A stretch of DNA of 64,000 bases from Dehalococcoidia bacterium (GTDB taxonomy: Bacteria; Chloroflexota; Dehalococcoidia; UBA2979): contig JAIBBD010000002.1 of the NCBI GenBank assembly GCA_019694855.1, positions 25,354-89,353 on the forward strand, written 5' to 3'. This document shows, one piece after another, positions 9,567 through 18,786 of this stretch. The notes below the pieces were generated by a model. That model saw only the letters and a program-made list of their open reading frames with translations. It was not told the DNA's origin and made no database searches. Positions within the stretch are counted from its first letter, which is position 1. Every line of letters begins with the position of its first letter. Both the position numbers and the translations under genes were made by a program.

Positions 9567-10370
9567 ATGCCCACCGCTCAACCGACGAGCCTTCCCCGGG
9601 GACCGAGGCCGCACGTGCCGCTCACCTCGCTCAGCATCGAAGACTACGTCGCCACCCTCACGCTCTATCCCGCCGCGGACGGTGTGAGCCGCGACTTCGT
9701 CGATGCGCTGGCCGACTCCTGCGAAGAGGTCGCCGGCGCTCGCGGACGCGTCTACGCCGTGGTCGTCCGCTGTGTCCCCGAGTTTCCTTCGCGCTGGTCT
9801 CCCGAGGCGCTTGCGGAGCCCGTGCTGAACGGCGTCCGGCCACTCGGGGCGGCCTTCGATGCGCTCGCGAGTCTGCCGCAGCCCACCATCGCCGCGGTCC
9901 GTGGCGCGGCGCATTCCGCTGGCCTCGAGCTGGCGCTTGCCTGCGACATGCGAGTCGCCGCCAACTCCGCCACCTTCGCCGCTCCAGAGACCGGCCTCGG
10001 CATGATGCCGCTCGGCGGCGCCACCCAGCGCCTGCCGCGTGCCGTCGGCCGCTCCCAGGCGCTGCGCCTGCTGCTCTCGGGCCTCGAAATCGACGCCGTC
10101 GAGGCTCGACGAATCGGCCTGCTCGTCGAGGTCGTATCAGAAGGTGGAGAGGTCGACGCCGCCGTGCGGCTCGCTCGTACGATCGCCTCGCGCGCCCCGA
10201 TCGCGACTCGCTTCGCGAAAGAGGCCATCTGGCGAGGGCTCGAGCAACCGCTGCAGCAGGGCCTGCGCACTGAGCTCGACCTCACCGTGATCCTGCAGAC
10301 GACGGCCGACCGTGCCGAGGGTGTGCGCGCGTTCGTGGAGGGCCGTACGCCACGCTTCACGGGAAGCTGA
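9567..10370 (+). CDS. Enoyl-CoA hydratase/isomerase (crotonase) family protein
   Basis: Crotonase fold motifs (VATLTLYPA, AAVRGAAHSAGLELALACDMRVA, ETGLGMMPLGGATQRLPRAVG). Confidence 0.8.
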   Translation: MPTAQPTSLPRGPRPHVPLTSLSIEDYVATLTLYPAADGVSRDFVDALADSCEEVAGARGRVYAVVVRCVPEFPSRWSPEALAEPVLNGVRPLGAAFDALASLPQPTIAAVRGAAHSAGLELALACDMRVAANSATFAAPETGLGMMPLGGATQRLPRAVGRSQALRLLLSGLEIDAVEARRIGLLVEVVSEGGEVDAAVRLARTIASRAPIATRFAKEAIWRGLEQPLQQGLRTELDLTVILQTTADRAEGVRAFVEGRTPRFTGS

Positions 10371-10431
10371 TTCCCGCCGGCTGCGGGCGATTCAGCTGAA
10401 AGTCCGATAGGAAACGAGAAAGGGGGAACGC

Positions 10432-10698
10432 TTGAACGTCATCCTCGATCTGGACGAAGTGCACGCCGTACTCGCCCGTGTCACGGGCCGTGTCATCGAC
10501 GACGCCGGCCTCTCCGAGGCGGGCTGCGAGGCCATCCGGCGCTGGCGTCTCGATCACGACCACGGGACGCAGGCCCTCGACGACTTCGTCGTGGGCTTCA
10601 ATGAGGCGCTGGGCAACCACATCGACGACAGCACCAGCCGCAGGCTCCGCCTGCGCGGTGGCATCGTGGTCTCGCTCAAGGACACGGTGAAGCGATGA
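10432..10698 (+). CDS. Small hypothetical protein (88 aa), paralogue of the next ORF
   Basis: TTG start preceded by AAGGGGGAAC. Strong GC3 bias. Shares an M[NK]V..[DE]EV.A.....IRRWR.D...[FL]...[FV]N.EL motif with 10695..10934. Confidence 0.55.
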   Translation: MNVILDLDEVHAVLARVTGRVIDDAGLSEAGCEAIRRWRLDHDHGTQALDDFVVGFNEALGNHIDDSTSRRLRLRGGIVVSLKDTVKR

Positions 10699-10934
10699 AA
10701 GTCGAGTTCACGGCCGAAGAAGTCCAGGCCATGGTCAACTACGTCCTCGACCAGCTCGGCGCCATCGAGGAGCTCGACCGCAAGGATCGCGCTACCCTGC
10801 GCCGCTGGCGGGGCGACGATCTGCGCCTCGGTTCGCCGACTATGCAGCTGCTTACCGACAGAGTGAACGCCGAACTGCAACGCATCCACGAGGCGGCTCA
10901 CGTCTCGGCCATCACCAAGCCGGACTGGCTCTAG
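10695..10934 (+). CDS. Small hypothetical protein (79 aa), paralogue of the previous ORF
   Basis: ATG overlaps the upstream stop as ATGA (translational coupling). Strong GC3 bias and a shared RRWR-centred motif. Confidence 0.55.
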   Translation: MKVEFTAEEVQAMVNYVLDQLGAIEELDRKDRATLRRWRGDDLRLGSPTMQLLTDRVNAELQRIHEAAHVSAITKPDWL

Positions 10935-10940
10935 TCAGGC

Positions 10941-11687
10941 ATGACCGCGAGCGGGTCCGACGACGTCGCCCCCTTCGTCATCGCCGAGCGCGAGGGCGAC
11001 GTCGTCTGGCTCACGCTCAACCGCCCCTCGAGGCTGAACGCCCTGCACCTCGAGATGCGGGATGAGCTCTGGTTGCAGCTCTGCCTGCTGCGAGACGACC
11101 CGTCGGTCCGAGTGGCGGTCCTGAGAGGCGCGGGCGACCGTGCCTTTTCGGCCGGTGCAGATATCACCGAGTTCGGCACTGCCCCGTCGTACGTCGACGC
11201 GCGCGAGGCACGCACGGACCGCGACCTCTGGGGTCTGATGTCGACGCTCCCTGTACCGCTCGTCGCCGCGGTGCACGGCTATGCGTACGGCGCCGGCCTG
11301 GAAATGTCCCTCTACTGCGACATCCGTATCGCGTCGGAGGACGCTCGCTTCGCCGTCCCCGAGGTAACCCTCGGCTACATCCCCTCTGCGGGCGGCAGCC
11401 AGACTCTGGCCCGCCACGTCCCCCCCACGTTCGCTCTCCGCATGGCGACGACCGGCGAGCCAATCACCGCCCGGGAAGCCTACGACCTCGGCCTGGTGCA
11501 CGAGGTCGTGCCGCCCACCGATCTCGATGCGGCCGCCCGGCGCTGGGCTGATCTGCTCGCGACCCGCCCGCCGGGGGCGATCCGCGCGACGAAACGTGCC
11601 ATCATCGAAGGACTCGATCTGCCACTCGATCAGGGCCTCGCGCTCGAGCGCCGCCTCGCGGCCGGGCTGCGTGCTGGGCCCCGCTAA
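10941..11687 (+). CDS. Enoyl-CoA hydratase/isomerase (crotonase) family protein
   Basis: VVWLTLNRPSRLNAL, AAVHGYAYGAGLEMSLYCDIRIAS and EVTLGYIPSAGGSQTLAR are canonical crotonase motifs. Confidence 0.8.
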   Translation: MTASGSDDVAPFVIAEREGDVVWLTLNRPSRLNALHLEMRDELWLQLCLLRDDPSVRVAVLRGAGDRAFSAGADITEFGTAPSYVDAREARTDRDLWGLMSTLPVPLVAAVHGYAYGAGLEMSLYCDIRIASEDARFAVPEVTLGYIPSAGGSQTLARHVPPTFALRMATTGEPITAREAYDLGLVHEVVPPTDLDAAARRWADLLATRPPGAIRATKRAIIEGLDLPLDQGLALERRLAAGLRAGPR

Positions 11688-11801
11688 CCCGAGGAGCGCC
11701 ACACCATCGCTCGCGATTCGGCCTCTCGTCCCGCCGCGCCCCCGCTGCTCGCTCGGATCGGGCAACGCTTCCGGCGCTGGGACGCGCGCGGCCGCCTCAC
11801 G

Positions 11802-12251
11802 GTGGTCGGTCTTGCGCTGGTCGCCGTCTTCGGCATCGGCGGCGTCGTCTGGGGCGGCCTGTTTGCCGGCACGCATATCGAGGTGCAGCAGCTCGACGCC
11901 GGGCCAGTGAGTCAGTTCGCCATCGGGCAGGTCGTCGCCTACCCGGACGTCAACGTCTACCTCGTCGGCATCGACGACGGCCGCATCCGCGCGGTGGACG
12001 GTATCGTGAAGGAGTCGGGCTGCGCCGTCCGTTGGGATCCGGCCGACGAGCGGACCCGGGCGGCGAACGCCGGCCATGGCGTGGGTTCGTATACCGATCC
12101 CTGCTCCGGCGACGTCTGGACCAACGCCGGCAATGCCTTCTCCGGAGCGAAGACACCGCTGCGTACCTTCCAGGTCAATTACGAGACCAACGACGAGGGC
12201 GTCCAACACGTTTGGGTTGAAGTGATCGGGAACCGGGACTCTCGCCCTTGA
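11802..12251 (+). CDS. Membrane-anchored Rieske-fold-like protein, cluster ligands degenerate
   Basis: GTG start directly before one TM helix. The domain keeps the two Cys positions of Rieske boxes (GCAVRW...PCSGDVW) but lacks both His ligands. It is paralogous to 12474..12836. Confidence 0.5.
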   Translation: MVGLALVAVFGIGGVVWGGLFAGTHIEVQQLDAGPVSQFAIGQVVAYPDVNVYLVGIDDGRIRAVDGIVKESGCAVRWDPADERTRAANAGHGVGSYTDPCSGDVWTNAGNAFSGAKTPLRTFQVNYETNDEGVQHVWVEVIGNRDSRP

Positions 12252-12473
12252 CGCGGCCCCCTCGCGTCTATATGTATCCAGTCAAGATGCACGTATGGCG
12301 CCCAGAATAACCGTTGTCTATGATGAGCGACGCTTCGGCGCGGGGATGCGGCGGCCATCGAGGAGGGTGACGCCGTAACCGAGACTGACGACCGGCCGGC
12401 AGGGCCGACGGGCGTACGCCCCGGCTGCCTGATTGCCATCGGTCTGGTTGCGCTCGGGGCCGCGCTCGTCGTC

Positions 12474-12836
12474 GTGGTGATGTGGCTATGGCCTTCGGGA
12501 GACGGCCAGATCGATATCGGGAGGATCGAGGACTACCGCCCGGGCAGCGTCGTCTACCGCAGCACGGATGGTTTCTTCGTCGCAGCCCAGCCGGATGGCT
12601 CGGTACTCGCGCTCTCCGACATCGATCCGCATAATCCGCCGGGACGGCGTAGCTGCCGGGTGACGTTCCGGCCGGACTTGGGGGTGACGGGCGAGACCGG
12701 GCGCTTCTTCGATGGTTGCACCGGCTCCCTGTACGACATCGGAGGTCGAGCGTTGTCAGGTGACGGACTGGATCTAAAGCGGCTGCCCGTCCAACGACAC
12801 GAGGACGGCAGCATCGAGGTCAAGCCCGCACGGTAA
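12474..12836 (+). CDS. Rieske-fold-like protein (paralogue of 11802..12251); N-terminus uncertain
   Basis: SCRVTF...GCTGSLY align with the Cys boxes of the upstream paralogue. An in-frame TM-like segment (GCLIAIGLVALGAALVVVV) lies upstream of the first ATG, and no canonical start precedes it back to the stop at 12324. Confidence 0.45.
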   Translation: MVMWLWPSGDGQIDIGRIEDYRPGSVVYRSTDGFFVAAQPDGSVLALSDIDPHNPPGRRSCRVTFRPDLGVTGETGRFFDGCTGSLYDIGGRALSGDGLDLKRLPVQRHEDGSIEVKPAR

Positions 12837-12895
12837 CGATCGGAAGAGTCAGCAGAGCAAACCGCCGGCGCTGCCGGGAGTAGGGGGGACGAAAC

Positions 12896-14461
12896 TTGAA
12901 CACCGCAGAAATCCTGATGATCGCCGGCAGCATGGTTCCCGACCGCGTCGCGCTGTCGGACCCCAAGGGCTCCGTCACCTACAGCGACCTGCAGTCGCGA
13001 GTGAACAAGCTGGCGAACGCCCTCCAGGGCCTCGGCGTCGGCAAGGGCGCCAACGTCGGCATCATGGCCGTCAACTCGAACCAGTTCGTCGAGCTCTACT
13101 ACGCCACGGCCTCGGTGGGCGCGACCTACGTCCCGCTGAACTTCCGCGCCAAGACTGAGGAGCTCCAGTACATGCTGGACGCCTCCGATGTGAACGTGCT
13201 CTTCGTTTCGGAGCGCTACTTCGGCATCCTCGAGCAGATCAAGGGCAGTCTTCCCAAGATTCAGAAGGTCTACACCCTCGACTTCACCGCCGACGGGCAC
13301 GAGACCTACGAGTCGCTGCTCGCGTCCGGTGAGGATTCCATGGTGTTCGCGGACGTAGACGACGATGACGCCGCCCTCGTCATCTACACCTCCGGCACGA
13401 CCGCCCTGCCGAAGGGCGTCGTCCTCACCCACAAGACGCTGACCGCGTACGTCGTCAACACCCAGAACCCGGTCGACCCGAGCCTCGACCAAGAAGTCAC
13501 GCTCGTCGCGGTGCCCTTCTTCCACGTCGCCGGCGCCACCACGATGCTTGGCTCGCTCTGGTCGGGCCGCAAGCTCGCCATCCTGCCGCAGTTCGACCCC
13601 ACTGGCTGGCTCGACATGGTCGAGCGCGAGGGTGTCACCCACGCCTTCGTCGTGCCCACGATGCTCAAGCGCATCATGGAGGCCGACGGCTTCGAAAAGT
13701 ACAACCTCTCGACCCTCAAGCTCATCACCTACGGTGCGGCCCCGATGCCCTTCGAGGTCGTCCGCCAGGCCATTGACGTCTTCCAGTGCGGCCTGATGAA
13801 CGCCTACGGTCAGACCGAGTCCACCTCGACCATGACCTACCTCGGCCCGGACGACCACCGCCTGGACGGCACGCCCGAGGAGAACGCCCTCAAGATCAAG
13901 CGCCTCCGCTCCGTCGGCCGCGTCATGCCCGACATCACTGTCGGTATTCTCAACGCGGATGGCACCGTCCTCGACAAGAACAAGGAGGGCGAGATCTGCA
14001 TCATGGGCGACCGCATCATGCGGGAGTACCAGAAGCGCGCTGAGGAGACCGCCTCCGCCGTCCAGGACGGCTGGTTGCACACCGGCGACGTCGGCTACAT
14101 CGACGATGACGGGTACCTTTTCATCACCGGTCGCCTCAAGGACCTCATCATCCGCGGTGGCGAGAACATCTCCCCCGGCGAGATCGAGAACGTCCTCGAG
14201 GATCACCCGGCGATCGCCGAGGCCGCCGTCATCGGCGTTCCCGACATCGAGTGGGGTGAGGTCGTGAAGGCCATCCTCGTTCCCGACAACCTCGACCGCC
14301 CGAACGACGACGAGCTCACGACCTACGTGAAGTCGCGCATCGCGTCCTACAAGGCCCCGTCGTTGTACCAGTGGGTCGACGAGCTGCCTCGTAACCACCT
14401 CGGCAAGATCCTGAAGAACGACCTTCGCAAGATGTACGGTGCCCCCACCAACGCGAGCTAA
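12896..14461 (+). CDS. fadD: Long-chain-fatty-acid--CoA ligase (AMP-dependent synthetase/ligase, ANL superfamily)
   Basis: AMP-binding motifs (IYTSGTTALPKGVVLTHKT, YGQTE, TGDVGYIDDDGYLFITGRLKDLIIRGGENI). TTG start with a G-rich SD. Confidence 0.8.
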   Translation: MNTAEILMIAGSMVPDRVALSDPKGSVTYSDLQSRVNKLANALQGLGVGKGANVGIMAVNSNQFVELYYATASVGATYVPLNFRAKTEELQYMLDASDVNVLFVSERYFGILEQIKGSLPKIQKVYTLDFTADGHETYESLLASGEDSMVFADVDDDDAALVIYTSGTTALPKGVVLTHKTLTAYVVNTQNPVDPSLDQEVTLVAVPFFHVAGATTMLGSLWSGRKLAILPQFDPTGWLDMVEREGVTHAFVVPTMLKRIMEADGFEKYNLSTLKLITYGAAPMPFEVVRQAIDVFQCGLMNAYGQTESTSTMTYLGPDDHRLDGTPEENALKIKRLRSVGRVMPDITVGILNADGTVLDKNKEGEICIMGDRIMREYQKRAEETASAVQDGWLHTGDVGYIDDDGYLFITGRLKDLIIRGGENISPGEIENVLEDHPAIAEAAVIGVPDIEWGEVVKAILVPDNLDRPNDDELTTYVKSRIASYKAPSLYQWVDELPRNHLGKILKNDLRKMYGAPTNAS

Positions 14462-14495
14462 CGAGGCCAGCGGCCAGTAGACAGGACGTCACGAG

Positions 14496-16700
14496 GTGCA
14501 GCAGAACGACCCGCAGGAGTTCCGCAAGCCAAGTCGGCTCGTAGGGGCCTGGTGGGGACCGGCGGTCGGCCTGACCGGCATCGGCCTCGTGTCCGCCATC
14601 GAGGTCGAACGCACCTCGGACGCCACTCGCGAGGTCTTCTTCAACGTCGACCAGCCGTGGGCGGTGTATCTCTTCCTGTCGATCCTGACGGGCTTGCTCG
14701 TCTACGGCATCGGCCGCCACGCCACGCTGTGGGCCATCGGGCGACCGGTGCCGGGACTGCGTCAGCACGTCGCGCACCGGCTGCGAAACGCCGTCCGTCT
14801 CGGCCTCGCACAGGACAAGGTCCGGCGCGACCGCTACTCGGGCATCATGCACTGGTGCATCTTCTCGTCGATCGTCGTGCTCACCTTCGTCACCGCGCAG
14901 GTGGCGCTCGACGATGACCTGTCGCTGCACTTCCTGAAGGGCAAGTACTACCTCTTCTTCTCGTTCTATGGCGACCTCTTCGGGCTGATCGGCATCGTCG
15001 GCGTCGGCATGGCCCTCTACCGCCGCTACTTCGACTCGTACCATCGCGTCCGCTGGGACGAGCGTCTCGAGGATCACGCGATCCTCTGGGGCCTCGCGCT
15101 GATCCTCCTGACCGGCTTCGGCATCGAGGCGCTGCGCATCAACGCCACCGAGCTGCACGACCACCCGAGCTGGGCGCAGTGGTCGTTCGTATCCTGGGGC
15201 CTCGCCAAGGGCCTCGACGTATTCGATTTCCGGCCGAGCCAGATGCTCGGCGCCCACACGTGGGTGTGGTGGTCGCACATCGTCATCGCCTTCAGCTGGC
15301 TTGGTCTCATCGTCTTCAGCAAGCTCGACCACATCTTCTTCGCGCCGGTCAACGCGTTCCTGCTCCGCACCGACTCGCCCGGTCGCCTCACGAAGATCGA
15401 GAACATCGAAGAGCGTGAGGTCTTCGGTATCGGTCAGATCCAGGACTTCACCTGGAAGCAGCTCTTCGAGTTGGACGCCTGCGTCCGCTGCGGGCGCTGC
15501 TCCTCGGTCTGCCCCGCGAACCTCTCCGGGCAGCCACTCTCGCCCATGCACCTCATTCAGGACCTGAAGTCGCACCTCGCGAGCGTCGGCCCCGAGGTGC
15601 AGCGCGTCGGCCACCAGAACGGCGACGTGCGCGCGGTGTCCCCCGTCGCCATGGTCGGTGACGTCATCAAGGACGAGACCCTCTGGGCCTGCCGCACCTG
15701 TGGCGCGTGTGTCCAGGAGTGCCCGGTCATGATTGAGCACGTGCCCACGATCGTGGACATGCGCCGCTACCTCGTCATGGACGAGGCGCGCGTGCCCGCG
15801 ACGGCACAGGCGGCCCTCGAGAACATGGAAGTGCGCGGCCACCCGTGGCGAGGCACCGCCCTGACTCGTGAGTCGTGGATGGAGGGCTTCGACGATGTGC
15901 CGTACTTCGACGGCACGCAGGAGTACCTCTACTGGGTCGGCTGCAGCGGCTCGCTCGTCGAGCGCAACCTCCCCATCACGAAGTCGGTCTTCCGCCTCCT
16001 CCGCGAGTCGGGTGCTTCCTTCGGAGTGATGGGCCAGGAAGAAACCTGCAACGGCGATCCGGCGCGCCGCCTCGGCAACGAGTACCTCTTCCAGATCCTT
16101 GCCCAGCAGCTCGTGGACGTCTTCAAGGAGAAGAACGTTCAGAAGGTCATCACGAACTGCCCGCACTGCTTCAACACCTTCAAGAACGAGTACCCGCAGT
16201 TCGACGGGCACTTCGAGGTGCTGCACCACACAGAGTTCCTCGCGAAGGCGCTCCAGGACGGCGACCTGCAGGCTCGCCACCAGGTGGCGACCTCTGAGAT
16301 GACCTACCACGACTCCTGCTACCTCGGCCGCATCAACGGCCAGTTCGATGCGCCCCGCCAGATCCTCGAGTTCCTGCCCGGCACCTCGGTCACCGAGATG
16401 CGGCGCAGCCGCAGCCGCGGCCTCTGCTGCGGCGCCGGCGGCGGCAACATGTGGCAGGAAGAGATCGGCGAACGCCGCGTCAACCACGTGCGTTCCGAGG
16501 AGGCCGTGGGCACCGGCGCGGACAGCGTCGTCGCGAACTGCCCCTTCTGCATCCAGATGTTCGAGGACGGTCTCCCCGCCGTGCATCCCGAGGAAGAGGG
16601 CCGCATGCGCGCCTTCGACGTCGCCGAGCTGCTCGAACAGTCCGTGTTCGGCACCGGCGGGACGCGGGCCGCTTCCGAGGTTGCGGAGGCGGTCCAGTAA
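14496..16700 (+). CDS. etfD: Membrane-bound Fe-S oxidoreductase, EtfD-like (N-terminal cytochrome-b-like TM domain, 2x[4Fe-4S] ferredoxin, C-terminal CCG domains of HdrD/GlpC type)
   Basis: Five to six N-terminal TM helices. CVRCGRCSSVCP...CRTCGACVQECPV is a two-[4Fe-4S] ferredoxin motif. C-terminal cysteine-rich CCG domains are present (CPHCFNTF; CCGAGGG...CPFCIQMF). It sits directly upstream of etfBA. Confidence 0.7.
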   Translation: MQQNDPQEFRKPSRLVGAWWGPAVGLTGIGLVSAIEVERTSDATREVFFNVDQPWAVYLFLSILTGLLVYGIGRHATLWAIGRPVPGLRQHVAHRLRNAVRLGLAQDKVRRDRYSGIMHWCIFSSIVVLTFVTAQVALDDDLSLHFLKGKYYLFFSFYGDLFGLIGIVGVGMALYRRYFDSYHRVRWDERLEDHAILWGLALILLTGFGIEALRINATELHDHPSWAQWSFVSWGLAKGLDVFDFRPSQMLGAHTWVWWSHIVIAFSWLGLIVFSKLDHIFFAPVNAFLLRTDSPGRLTKIENIEEREVFGIGQIQDFTWKQLFELDACVRCGRCSSVCPANLSGQPLSPMHLIQDLKSHLASVGPEVQRVGHQNGDVRAVSPVAMVGDVIKDETLWACRTCGACVQECPVMIEHVPTIVDMRRYLVMDEARVPATAQAALENMEVRGHPWRGTALTRESWMEGFDDVPYFDGTQEYLYWVGCSGSLVERNLPITKSVFRLLRESGASFGVMGQEETCNGDPARRLGNEYLFQILAQQLVDVFKEKNVQKVITNCPHCFNTFKNEYPQFDGHFEVLHHTEFLAKALQDGDLQARHQVATSEMTYHDSCYLGRINGQFDAPRQILEFLPGTSVTEMRRSRSRGLCCGAGGGNMWQEEIGERRVNHVRSEEAVGTGADSVVANCPFCIQMFEDGLPAVHPEEEGRMRAFDVAELLEQSVFGTGGTRAASEVAEAVQ

Positions 16701-16784
16701 GCATCGAGTTACGCCCGGGGGGCGGCCACCAGCCTGTCTAGCTCGGTCGGGCAGCAACTAAAGCGGTAACGAAAGGAAGTCTCC

Positions 16785-17588
16785 ATGCACTTGGTCGTCT
16801 GTGCGAAGCAGATCCCCGACCCGGAGACGCCGCCCGCGGCGTTCCGGATCGACAGCGCGAAGAACGAGGTGATCCCCGCCCAGGGCATCGCCCCCGTCCT
16901 CAGCCCCTTTGACGCGCAGGCCGCCGAGGCTGCCCTTCGCATCAAGGAGAAGGACGGCAGCGGCAAGGTCACCGTCATCTCCCTCGGTCAGGAGAGCGCC
17001 CAGGCCGCCATCAAGCAGGTGCTCGCCATGGGCGCCGACGAAGGCGTCCTCCTCAGCGACGACGCGTTCCAGGGCGGCGACTCCTACGCCACCGCGCATG
17101 CCCTCGCCGCTGCCATCAAGAAGCTCGGCGACGTGGACGCCGTCTTCTGTGGCCGCCAGGCCGCTGACTGGGACATGGGCCAGGTCGGCATCGGCATCGC
17201 CGAGGAGCTCGGCTGGCCGGTCGCCATCATCGCCAAGGACGCCCAGGCGGACGGTGGCGCGATGGTCGTGCAGCGCGTTCTCGCCGACGGCTTCGAGACC
17301 GTCAAGATGCCGCTCCCCGCGGTCGTGACCGTCTCCAACGAGCTCGGCGACCCGCGTTACCCGAAGCTGCAGCAGATCATGCAGGCCGCCCGCAAGACCG
17401 TGACCACCTGGGGCCCCGGTGACCTCGGCCTCGACGCCGGTGAGATTGGCGCCGCGGGTTCCCGCCTCAAGCTCGAGAAGCTCTTCCAGCCCGAGGCTGG
17501 CGGTGAGGTCGAGCTCATGGAAGGCGAGACCCCGGCCGAGCAGGCGCAGGCTCTCGCCAAGGCTCTGCGCGACGCCAAGATCATCTAA
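16785..17588 (+). CDS. etfB: Electron transfer flavoprotein beta subunit
   Basis: The N-terminus MHLVVCAKQIPDPETP plus AMGADEGVLLSDDAF and CGRQAADWDMGQVG are typical EtfB/FixA. Confidence 0.9.
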   Translation: MHLVVCAKQIPDPETPPAAFRIDSAKNEVIPAQGIAPVLSPFDAQAAEAALRIKEKDGSGKVTVISLGQESAQAAIKQVLAMGADEGVLLSDDAFQGGDSYATAHALAAAIKKLGDVDAVFCGRQAADWDMGQVGIGIAEELGWPVAIIAKDAQADGGAMVVQRVLADGFETVKMPLPAVVTVSNELGDPRYPKLQQIMQAARKTVTTWGPGDLGLDAGEIGAAGSRLKLEKLFQPEAGGEVELMEGETPAEQAQALAKALRDAKII

Positions 17589-17616
17589 CGCCGGCTAGCG
17601 AAAGGAACCTCAGACC

Positions 17617-18591
17617 ATGGCACAGGATGTCCTCGTCGTCGGCGAGCTCGCCGACGGCAAGCTCTCGCCCGTCACCGCCGAACTGCTCGGCGCAGCCACC
17701 CGCGTCGCCGACGGCGGCAAGGTCAGCGTCACGCTCCTCGGCAGCGCCGCGGCCGGGGCCGCCGCTGACGCCTTCGCCGCGGGTGCGGACCGCGCCTGCG
17801 TCTCCAGCGACTCCGGGTACGACGACTTCCGCTCCGACCAGTGGCTCTCCGCCGTCGAGGCCGCCGTCGACCAGACGAGCGCCGGCGTCGTGCTCATCGC
17901 GCAGTCGGGCGTCGGCCGCGACCTCGGCCCTCGCCTCGCCTTCCGCCGCAACACCGCGGTCGCGATGGACTGCCTCCGTGTCGAAAACGTCGACGGCAGT
18001 CTGCGCGCGACTCGTTCCGCCTACGGTGGGAACGCCCACGCCACCTACTCCTTTGCGACCTCGCCGGCGGTCGTGACCGTCCGCGCCAAGTCGCAGGACC
18101 CGATCGAGCCGCGAGCCGGCGCCTCGGGTGAGACGGTCGAGCTGCCGGCCGCGGGTGCGTCCCGCACGGAGATCACCGGCCGCGAGGCCGCGGTCAGCGA
18201 AGGCCTCCAGATCCAGGACGCCCCGATTGTCGTCTCTGGTGGCCGTGGCCTCGGCGCGCCCGAGGGCTTCCAGGTCATCGAGGAGCTCGCCGCCGCCTTC
18301 GGCTCCGACAAGGCTGCCGTCGGCGCCTCACGCGCCGCGTGCGACCTCGGCTGGTACCCGCCGAGCCAGCAGGTCGGGCTCACCGGCAAGATCGTCAGCC
18401 CCGACCTCTACGTGGCCGTCGCCATCTCCGGCGCCAGCCAGCACATGGCGGGGTGCAGCGGCTCGAAGACCATCGTCGCCATCAACCGCGACCCGGAAGC
18501 GAACATCTTCAAGTCCGCCCGCTTCGGCATCGTGGGCGACTACAAGGCGATCCTCCCGGAGCTGATCTCCGCCATCAAGGCGCTCGACTAG
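17617..18591 (+). CDS. etfA: Electron transfer flavoprotein alpha subunit
   Basis: The FAD-binding C-terminal domain ([33 protein letters not shown]) is typical EtfA/FixB. Confidence 0.9.
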   Translation: MAQDVLVVGELADGKLSPVTAELLGAATRVADGGKVSVTLLGSAAAGAAADAFAAGADRACVSSDSGYDDFRSDQWLSAVEAAVDQTSAGVVLIAQSGVGRDLGPRLAFRRNTAVAMDCLRVENVDGSLRATRSAYGGNAHATYSFATSPAVVTVRAKSQDPIEPRAGASGETVELPAAGASRTEITGREAAVSEGLQIQDAPIVVSGGRGLGAPEGFQVIEELAAAFGSDKAAVGASRAACDLGWYPPSQQVGLTGKIVSPDLYVAVAISGASQHMAGCSGSKTIVAINRDPEANIFKSARFGIVGDYKAILPELISAIKALD

Positions 18592-18617
18592 CCCCGCGGA
18601 AACAGACCGCAAGCACC

Positions 18618-18644
18618 GAGAGGGCCGGTCGCACCGGCCCTCTC
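18618..18644 (+). terminator. Hairpin terminator after etfA
   Basis: GAGAGGGCCGG-tcgca-CCGGCCCTCTC is a perfect 11-bp stem 27 nt after the etfA stop. Confidence 0.6.
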
Positions 18645-18707
18645 GCGTATCAGCGGTCCGAGGTCAACGAGTGACATAAACCGGAGTTGGCTCAGTCCCG
18701 CTTCACC

Positions 18708-18736
18708 TTGCACCCGTACTGGGGTGCCAATACAAT
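18708..18736 (+). promoter_or_regulatory. Sigma-70-like promoter for the coaE operon
   Basis: TTGCAC-N17-TACAAT lies about 50 nt upstream of the coaE ATG. It is the best consensus match in this intergenic region. Confidence 0.4.
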
Positions 18737-18786
18737 CGGGATTGCTACAGCCGAACGCTGGTTTTCGGGTACCTACGGAGCCTTAC

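Noticed and set aside
12320-12370. 16-codon ATG ORF (MMSDASARGCGGHRGG) just upstream of the second Rieske-like gene as a leader peptide or programmed frameshift site
   Set aside because: It has no SD, no slippery sequence and no conservation that I can judge. It is mentioned within the Rieske-like finding but is not called a feature.
12554-14398. 614-aa minus-strand ORF
   Set aside because: It is antisense to the acyl-CoA synthetase gene.
14316-16757. 813-aa ORF on the minus strand
   Set aside because: It is antisense to the EtfD-like gene, which has clear Fe-S/CCG homology. Its translation is Arg/Ala/Gly-rich with no family resemblance, a typical high-GC antisense open frame.
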